Below are positions 17,929 through 25,700 of a DNA stretch of 64,000 bases, piece after piece (the first letter of the stretch is position 1; each line of letters starts with the position of its first letter). The notes below the pieces were generated by a model that was given only the letters and a program-made list of their open reading frames with translations, had not been told where the DNA came from and did no database searches. Origin of the DNA: a virus (taxonomy: Duplodnaviria > Caudoviricetes); the IMG/VR virus record IMGVR_UViG_3300008262_000013; one strand, 5' to 3'. A program made the translations under genes and the position numbers.

Positions 17929-18509
17929 CTGGACACACGGGATTTATTGGTAGAAATTTGGTCGAAGAATTTAAACGCCAAGGCTATAATCCAATTTTAA
18001 TAGACAAAAATTTTACACCAGTTAAGTGTGATAGGATATATCATTTGGCTTGTCCTGCAACTACATATCACATTACAAATAATACTATTAGTGTTATGGA
18101 TGCTATATTAGATTTAACTCGCAAAGCAATGAATATATGTAGTGATGCTTTATTTGTAAATGCTAGTTCTTTTGGCGCTGCTGATATTAATGAAAGTAAG
18201 CAAGGTGGATATAATGTTGCTAAAAGATGTATGGAAATATATTTGTCGCATTCTAAAATTAATTATATAAATTATAGAATACCTTCCGTTTATGGTCAAG
18301 ACGCCAGTACCGATTCCTTTATTAAAAGGTGTGTTTTAGGTACTGCTTACAAACCCACAAACTCCTCACAGATTTGGCCGATATCTCATGTTGATGATGT
18401 CGTTGAAGCTTTAATTAATCTTTCAGAAATTAAAATTGAATATATTACTTTGGGTGAAATATACGAACAATTTACTTCGGGAAAAAGAAATTTGATAAAA
18501 CATGAATAA
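17913..18509 (+). CDS. Short NAD-dependent epimerase/dehydratase
   Basis: IAVTGHTGFIG, IYHLACPA, ASS, YNVAK and YRIPSVYG. ATG 17913 is preferred. Confidence 0.85.
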   Translation: MEIAVTGHTGFIGRNLVEEFKRQGYNPILIDKNFTPVKCDRIYHLACPATTYHITNNTISVMDAILDLTRKAMNICSDALFVNASSFGAADINESKQGGYNVAKRCMEIYLSHSKINYINYRIPSVYGQDASTDSFIKRCVLGTAYKPTNSSQIWPISHVDDVVEALINLSEIKIEYITLGEIYEQFTSGKRNLIKHE

Positions 18510-19767
18510 TATAGAAAATATTACAGTTATTGGTGCAGGCACTACAGGTTATTTAACCGTTTTTCATTTGTGTGAAACTTATCCTAATAAAAAAATTACT
18601 TGGATTTATCCGAAAGAAAATCAACCAATCGGTGTTGGAGAAGCTATTATACCAGATGTTAGTAAATTTTTACAAAATTTTGGAGTTAAACATCAGGATA
18701 TATTAAAACATTGTAATGGAACACTAAAATTTGGAGTCTATCTGAAAGGATGGAATAAACCAGGAGAAGATTTTACTTTTCCTTTTGGTTTCGAATCTGC
18801 TAATCCTAGACACAACTCGTCCAGTCAAGATAGAATAATGAAAACTAATAAAATACCAAAAAGAATATTTGATTACCAAAACATTTCTACGCATTTTAGG
18901 GTTACCGAACTATTGGAATATCTAGACAACTATAAAAAGAAATATTCTAATTTAACTGTTATTAGAGAAAAGGTGACATTGAATGATATAAAAGACTGTT
19001 ATGATTTAATAATAGATTGCACTGGATTTGAAAGAACTGTTAGTTATATTCCAAATAATTTTAAAAACATTTCGGATAAAATACCAAATAATCAAGTTTT
19101 TCTTTTTAGACATACTTACACAGATAGGGAAAAACAATGTGTTCCTTATACCGTTGCAGAAGCAATGAATTATGGTTGGTGTTTTAATATTCCTTTAAGG
19201 AATGAATTGGCTTGCGGTTATGTACATGACGGAAAATTTGATGTTAAAGAAGAATATATTAATTATTTGGAAAAAAAGTTTAATATAAAAGTTGAACCTT
19301 CGAGTATAAAATCGTTAAAGATGGTAACTGGTAGAAATAAAATACATTTAAAAAACAATATTGTAGCTATGGGTCTTGCCTCATCTTTTATTGAACCGTT
19401 GGAATCTACAGGTTTATATTTGGTAACTAGTGCTCTTAGAAAATTGTGTGATTATATAGATAAGAAAATTACTGAAACTGAATATAATTTTTTTATTAAT
19501 GAAGAATTCGATACTATTACAGATTTTATAGTCGAACACTACAAATATTCTAAAAGAGACAATGAATATTGGAACTTTTATAAAAAAGTAAATACCAAAA
19601 AACGCACAGTTAATATATTTCCTAATTCTGGATGGGACACAATAAAAAGTGGTTTTCTCTCCGAAGTACCTAGGCCTACTGAACCCATGGATAGTAAAGA
19701 ATTAATTGAAATACATAAAGGTAAACCTTTTCATGAGTGGATATTAAACGAAGAAAATTACATATGA
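18502..19767 (+). CDS. Flavin-dependent (tryptophan-halogenase-family) enzyme 2
   Basis: VIGAGTTG, IGVGEA, CNGTLK, GWCFNIP (WxWxIP variant) and FIEPLESTG; paralog of 16137..17480. Confidence 0.85.
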   Translation: MNNIENITVIGAGTTGYLTVFHLCETYPNKKITWIYPKENQPIGVGEAIIPDVSKFLQNFGVKHQDILKHCNGTLKFGVYLKGWNKPGEDFTFPFGFESANPRHNSSSQDRIMKTNKIPKRIFDYQNISTHFRVTELLEYLDNYKKKYSNLTVIREKVTLNDIKDCYDLIIDCTGFERTVSYIPNNFKNISDKIPNNQVFLFRHTYTDREKQCVPYTVAEAMNYGWCFNIPLRNELACGYVHDGKFDVKEEYINYLEKKFNIKVEPSSIKSLKMVTGRNKIHLKNNIVAMGLASSFIEPLESTGLYLVTSALRKLCDYIDKKITETEYNFFINEEFDTITDFIVEHYKYSKRDNEYWNFYKKVNTKKRTVNIFPNSGWDTIKSGFLSEVPRPTEPMDSKELIEIHKGKPFHEWILNEENYI

Positions 19768-20687
19768 ATAATTTGATATTAGGTGGAGCTGGTTTTATAG
19801 GACAGCACTTAACACATAAACTTTTAAAAACTAGACAACAAAGAGTTACTATAATAGATAATTTATCTACCAGTAAAATAAATTTAGATAACTTTTCTGA
19901 ATACAAAAATTTATTTAAATTTGTTGAAGGTGACATTTCCAAAATGGAAGATAAAGAACTACTCAAACATATGAGAGATCACAATAGAATTTTTCATTTT
20001 GCGGGCAGTGTTGGTGTCGAACATATTGATAAGGATCCATCAGGCACTCTTTTCAATAACAATTCTTTAACTAATAAATTAATACCATTATTTAAAGAAT
20101 CCAAGAGGCATGTAATATTTTCCAGTACCAGTGAAATTTACGGAAATGGACCCTTCAACGAAGAAGATTGTAGTAACATAGGACCTAGCAATAAGTTAAG
20201 ATGGGGATATGCAACAAGTAAATTGATGGCAGAATTTTTATTAAATGCTAGTGGTGTGCCGTATACTATTTTAAGATTTTTCAATATAGTTGGACCTGGA
20301 CAACTATCAGATTACGGTATGGTTTTACCTAAATTTATAGAAGCTGCAAAACGAAATGAAGATTTAATTGTTTATGGAACTGGTGAACAGATAAGGTGTT
20401 TTTTTCATATTGATGATGCGACAGATGCTATAATAAAATGTACCAATTTTAAAAATGAACTTTTTAATGTTGGAAATGATGAACCGATTACCATAAACAA
20501 ACTTGCCAAAAAAGTTATTAAAATAAGTGGATCTAGTAGTAAAATTGTTCACATTCCTTATGAAAAAGTTTTTAGTAAAAACCACGGTGATATACAAAAA
20601 AGAATTCCCGATATAACCAAACTCAGAGAAAAAACAAATTTCAGACCAAAGAAAAATTTGGATGATATCATAAAAGATATGTTATGA
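19764..20687 (+). CDS. NDP-sugar epimerase/dehydratase (extended SDR, UDP-glucuronate decarboxylase/GalE-like)
   Basis: LILGGAGFIG, IDNLSTS, SSTSEIYG, YATSK, LRFFNIVGPGQ and RCFFHIDD. ATG 19764 overlaps the upstream TGA. Confidence 0.92.
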   Translation: MNNLILGGAGFIGQHLTHKLLKTRQQRVTIIDNLSTSKINLDNFSEYKNLFKFVEGDISKMEDKELLKHMRDHNRIFHFAGSVGVEHIDKDPSGTLFNNNSLTNKLIPLFKESKRHVIFSSTSEIYGNGPFNEEDCSNIGPSNKLRWGYATSKLMAEFLLNASGVPYTILRFFNIVGPGQLSDYGMVLPKFIEAAKRNEDLIVYGTGEQIRCFFHIDDATDAIIKCTNFKNELFNVGNDEPITINKLAKKVIKISGSSSKIVHIPYEKVFSKNHGDIQKRIPDITKLREKTNFRPKKNLDDIIKDML

Positions 20688-21328
20688 AAATAGTTTTTAT
20701 ATTTGCACATTTAGACGATGAGTCTTTTGGGCCAGCCGGAACAATATCAAAATTGTGTGAAGATAATGAAGTTACAATTGTATCTTTATGCAAAGGAAAT
20801 CGTCCAGGTAACGAACATGTTGAATCCAAAAGATTGAATTCTTTTTATAAAGTTTGTGATTATTTTGGTGCGAAACCTATAGTTTTTAATAACTCCGATT
20901 GCACTTTAACTTTAGAAAAGTGTTTGAGTGATGTTGAATTGGTTATCAACGAAATACAGCCAGAGATAGTCTTTACGAATAATATATCGGACATACATAG
21001 AGATCATAGAATAGTTTCCGAATCTGTTATGGTTGCCTGTAGACCTAAACCAAATTCTTCGGTAAAACAACTCTATATGTGCGAGATACCAGCTTCAACC
21101 GAATGGTCTATGGGTCAAATAGAGCCTATTTTTATACCAAATTATTTTGTGAATGTTGAGTATTATATGCATAAAAAGAAATTCGTATTGTCACTATATG
21201 ATACGGAAACGTATTCTTATCCTGATGCTAGATCAGAAAAAAGTATGATAGTTCTATCGGAACAAAGAGGTAAACAAGTTGGATATAATCACGCAGAATC
21301 ATTTAAGATGATATATAACCTTCAATAG
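20684..21328 (+). CDS. PIG-L/LmbE family deacetylase
   Basis: FAHLDDE, DIHRDH, and PNYFV...K...Y..E C-terminal pattern. Confidence 0.9.
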   Translation: MKIVFIFAHLDDESFGPAGTISKLCEDNEVTIVSLCKGNRPGNEHVESKRLNSFYKVCDYFGAKPIVFNNSDCTLTLEKCLSDVELVINEIQPEIVFTNNISDIHRDHRIVSESVMVACRPKPNSSVKQLYMCEIPASTEWSMGQIEPIFIPNYFVNVEYYMHKKKFVLSLYDTETYSYPDARSEKSMIVLSEQRGKQVGYNHAESFKMIYNLQ

Positions 21329-21857
21329 AAACCCTCTCTCTACCATAAAATTCATTAATACCGTAAGACTTTAAGACGGTTTGATATAATCCATTTAAAT
21401 CGTTATTATATGGGAAACAAAACTTAACCGGAAAAATATTTAAGTTTTTATTGAACCATTCCAACATTAATTCGGTGTCCATTTTTATATGGTCTATTTT
21501 ATCTTTCAGGCTGCTGAAAAAATTCAAATTTTTGTGAAAATGTGAATGTCCTCCTATAATAACGTTTTTTCTAGTAGATAAATAACTTATCTGGTCCACA
21601 TTCATAAAATCTTCATAATTTCCTTCGAATGCTTTTTTATGGCAATTTTCGGAACTTATGAATTTTTTAGATTGTTTTCCTTTACAAATAATGTTTGTTG
21701 ATACAAAAAATATTTTTTCTGTTTCTATTTTTTCAATTTTTGGGTAATAATAGAAGTGGTTGTAAAGTCCATCATCAAAAGTTAGAACAAAATCTTTTAA
21801 TTTTGGAACTATTAAGTTTTTTTCTATTTTATGTATCATTAAAACTGGTTTGTCCAT
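21303..21857 (-). CDS. Polysaccharide deacetylase (NodB/CE4-like)
   Basis: LMIHK, LTFDDG, IGGHSHFH and FCFPY motifs. ATG at 21857 is preferred over the longer track start. Confidence 0.88.
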   Translation of the reverse strand: MDKPVLMIHKIEKNLIVPKLKDFVLTFDDGLYNHFYYYPKIEKIETEKIFFVSTNIICKGKQSKKFISSENCHKKAFEGNYEDFMNVDQISYLSTRKNVIIGGHSHFHKNLNFFSSLKDKIDHIKMDTELMLEWFNKNLNIFPVKFCFPYNNDLNGLYQTVLKSYGINEFYGRERVSIEGYISS

Positions 21858-21862
21858 ATCAA

Positions 21863-21869
21863 ATAAATA
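21863..21869 (+). promoter_or_regulatory. T4-type late promoter (ATAAATA) upstream of erpA/iscA
   Basis: Intergenic ATAAATA followed by an AGGAGA RBS and ATG 21886; the same motif precedes the core structural genes. Confidence 0.6.
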
Positions 21870-21885
21870 TAGTAGGAGAAAATTA

Positions 21886-22200
21886 ATGCTTAATATAACT
21901 GAATCTGCTGTAAATGAAATCAAACAATATTTAGACGATGAAAACAAATACTTGAGGGTCTATGTTGAGGGTGGTGGATGTTCTGGTTTTAAATATGGTT
22001 TTGATTTTGAAGAATCTGTTTCCGAAGATGATTTTGAAATTCCTTTAGATGGTTTTTCAATTCTTGTAGACTCTTTCAGTATGCAATATTTGGAAACCGC
22101 AACTTTGAATTTCAAAGAAGATATTATGGGACACACTTTTACTATAGAAAACCCTAATGCACAGACGACCTGTGGCTGTGGAAGTAGCTTTTCGGTATAG
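21886..22200 (+). CDS. erpA: A-type Fe-S carrier protein (ErpA/IscA/HesB family)
   Basis: LRVYVEGGGCSGFKYGF...LVDSFSMQYL...NPNAQTTCGCGSSF with all three conserved Cys. Strong RBS before ATG 21886. The ErpA versus IscA assignment is tentative. Confidence 0.9.
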   Translation: MLNITESAVNEIKQYLDDENKYLRVYVEGGGCSGFKYGFDFEESVSEDDFEIPLDGFSILVDSFSMQYLETATLNFKEDIMGHTFTIENPNAQTTCGCGSSFSV

Positions 22201-22248
22201 TAAAGATGTCAGTTTGACTAAATACCACATTAACAAAGGGAGTTTAAT

Positions 22249-22581
22249 GTGGCTGAATTTGTAGAACTTACCATAGACCAGGGTGCGACTTTTAACACCG
22301 TAATTACTGTAAATGATGGTACCGGCGCAGGCCAAAACCTGTATGGATATATTGCCAGGTCCCAGATGAGAAAATCTTACTACTCCTCAACAAAATACGA
22401 TTTTAATGTTCAAGTGACCACTCCTAACATTGGAGAAATCACTATGATCATGTCAGCAGCAAATACTGCAAATTTAACTCCGGGACGATACGTTTATGAT
22501 GTAGAAATAGATGATGGCGCAGGTGAAATCACAAGAATTTTTGAAGGTATAATTACTGTCCTTCCTAACGTTACGAGATAA
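22249..22581 (+). CDS. Small virion structural protein (T4-like phage LTIDQGATF family)
   Basis: LTIDQGATF...ARSQMRKSY...GRYVYDVEI...RIFEGIITV pattern. CTAAATA variant promoter at 22218-22224 and GGAG RBS. Confidence 0.7.
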   Translation: MAEFVELTIDQGATFNTVITVNDGTGAGQNLYGYIARSQMRKSYYSSTKYDFNVQVTTPNIGEITMIMSAANTANLTPGRYVYDVEIDDGAGEITRIFEGIITVLPNVTR

Positions 22582-22584
22582 AAA

Positions 22585-22785
22585 ATGCCAATAAATGTAA
22601 ACGTAAAACCACAAAAAACAACTATATCTTCGGTTACCGTGGCCAGAACTGCAAATTTAGCTCTATCACAATTGAATAATGTTGAAACTCAGGGTGTGGA
22701 AGAAGGATTCGTTTTGACTTATGAATCTGGATCCAATAAGTATGTTATGAAAGAAATTCCTGTAATTAACGGCGGAAGCTTCTAA
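22585..22785 (+). CDS. Small hypothetical virion-associated protein (66 aa)
   Basis: Fills the gap between structural genes; ends in the ..INGGSF motif common in T4-like fibre-associated proteins. Confidence 0.6.
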   Translation: MPINVNVKPQKTTISSVTVARTANLALSQLNNVETQGVEEGFVLTYESGSNKYVMKEIPVINGGSF

Positions 22786-25700
22786 GTGTCAACAGCAATT
22801 GTAACCAAGTATTCTACCGCGAATACTGTACCTACTGCAAACTCACTTCTTGGTGGTGAATTAGCTTATTCATTTCCTTCTGGTAATTTATTCATAGGAA
22901 CTGAAGCCGGATCGTATGAAATTATTGGTGGTAGTTATTACACTAACATAATAGATCAGAGAAGTAGTAACACTTCATCCGGAACTTTAGTTTTACGGAA
23001 TGTAGATGGTGATATTAGAACTAGTGTTTTTATATCAACACAAGATGATACTCCTGGATTTATTGGAAATTTAGATGGTATTGCGGATAGAGCAAACGCA
23101 CTCCATAATTCAGTTCAAATAGTTCTTTCGGGTGATGTTCAATCGAATGTATTTACGACCTTTGGTAATACAGTTAATTTTCAAGTTGAATTAAGTACTA
23201 TAGTTCCCGGTGTATCTGGTACATACGGTAATTCTACTAATATTCCTGTAATTACAGTTGACACCAAGGGTAGAGTAACAGCTGTTTCCAATTTAGCGAT
23301 TTCTGTAGCATCACAAGAACAAGCAACTGCTGCCTTTGATAAAGCTAATGCAGCAAATGTATTAGCGCAAGCAGCTTTTAATGCAGCCAATAGTTTAAGT
23401 CCCAATTTTAATCAGTCTGCATTTGATCGTGCTAATGCGGCTTTTAATTTAGCAAATTCTAGTTCTTTAGCTGCTAATACTCCTAGTTCAATTGCAAATA
23501 TAGCTTTAGATTTGGCTGGACTAAGTTATATACATGCTAATGCGGCTTTTGCTGTTGCGAATACTGGAGCTAACGCAGGACAAACTGCAAATGAAGCCTA
23601 CAGTTTAGTCAGTTATGTTTCAACTTCCGTAAATGCTTCGTTTGATACAGCAAATTCAGCTTATGATGCTTCAGTAAATACAGCTAATATTGTTGTTGCT
23701 CTTGGTGAGTTAATACAGAGTTTTCAGGGAGTTGCAGTAAATGCTGAAAATATTTCAGTATCTACAAATACTTCTACTACATTAGCTTATAGACACGCCA
23801 ACGCTTCATTTAATGCTGCTAATACTAAATTAAGTTTAACTGGCGGCACAATTAATGGTAACGTATCGATTGTTGGTAATTTAAGTATATCGGGTGATGT
23901 CAATTATATTGGCACAAATCAGTTACTTATTGGCGACAATATCATCACATTAAATGCTGATTTACCTAACAATTTAGCTCCCACTCAAAATGCTGGCATA
24001 GAAGTTGCAAGAGGTTCCTCATCAAATGTTCATATAACATGGAATGAAGTTGCAGATAGATGGACATTTACAAACGATGGTACAAACTATAGTAATTTTG
24101 CAACAGACTCAGCCGAGTCATATGCGAATGCCGCCTTTGCACAAGCTAATTCATCATTTGCATTAGGTACTCAAGCTGGTATTAGTGTTAGTGCAGCTTT
24201 TGATAGAACCAACTCTGCATTTACAAGAACAAATTCTTCGTTTAGTCAAGCAAATGCCTCCTATAATACGGCTAATGCAGCGTTTATACAGGCTAATACA
24301 CCAAGTCATGTTGCAAACTCCGCGTCACTTTATGCCAATGCAGCGTTTGCTGCTGCGAATTCTTTAAGTCCAGAGTTCAACCAGAGTTCTTTTGATAAAG
24401 CTAATGCAGCTTTTAATTCTTCAAACTCTGTTGCTAACGTAGTAGGTTCTTATTCTAATTCAGCATACACTCATGCGAATGCGGCATTTGCTGCTGCAAA
24501 TTCAATTACGTTTTCTGTAACTGACTTATATGCAAGAGCTCATTCTAATGCTGCTTATACAAATGCCAATAATACGTTAGCTGTAGCAGATTCTTCTTAT
24601 ACACAGGCAAACCTTGCTACTGTTATTGCTGTTGCTGCTTATGCTAAGGCGAATAGTATTATTGATTTGGCAACAGGTCAAGCAGCTTTCGATGCTTCGA
24701 ATAGTGCTGGTAATTATGCTAATTCCAGTTTTATACATTCTAATGCAGCATTTGCTTATGCAAATACTTTAGCTGCTGACTCTGTAGACTTCTTTGCTAG
24801 ACCTCATGTTAATGCGGCATTTACACATGCCAATGCATCGTTTATACATGTAAACTCCGCATTTAGTGCCGTAAATACTAAATTCTCATCTTCTGGTGGA
24901 ACAATTACCGGTAATGTAATAATTAACGGTAATGTAACGATAGATGCAATTCAGGCATCACTTAGTGTATCGACTTTAAGTGTGCAAGACAATATTATTG
25001 ATATTTCATCGGAGACAGTTGGTACACCTACAAATCCTGCTGGTATTAGAGTAATTCGTGGAGATGAGGTACCCGTACAGTTTAGATGGAACGAATCATT
25101 ATTAAAATGGACATTTACTAATGATGGATTTACTTATAGTAATGTAGGTTCGTCAACTGCTGAAGAATATGCTAACTCAGCTTTCTTAAAGTCCAACTCA
25201 TCTTATGAGAGTCAGAATACAACAGGCATTTATGCTAACTTAGCTTTCACTCATGCAAATTCTGCTTATGAAAGTCAGAATGTAACAGGCATTTATGCTA
25301 ATTCCGCTTATTCTTTAGCTAATACTAAATTCTCATCTTCTGGTGGTACTGTAAGTGGTGATATCGTTGTTACTGGCAATTTAACAATAGTTGGTGAGAC
25401 AGTTTATGCTAATACACAAACTGTATTAATCAAAGATAATATAATTACATTAAATGCAGCAACCAATTTATTATCTCCTGCTATCTTTAATGCTGGTATA
25501 GAGGTTAATAGAGGATCATTATCAAACGTAGCTTTAATTTGGAATGAAACTGTAGACAATTGGCAGTATACGGTAGATGGAACAACCTATACAAACCTTT
25601 CTTCTGCATCGGCCGAATCTTACGCTAATGCAGCATTTGCTGCACAAAACACAACTGCAATTTACGCCAACTCATCCTTTAGTGCAGCTAATACTGCTGA

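Noticed and set aside
1-22200. Island as a DNA base hypermodification cluster
   Set aside because: Not favoured, though not excluded: no recognisable nucleotide-modifying enzymes (thymidylate-synthase-like, dCMP hydroxymethylase, queuosine/preQ0, nucleotide kinase) are in view, and its position and late promoter point to structural or surface targets.
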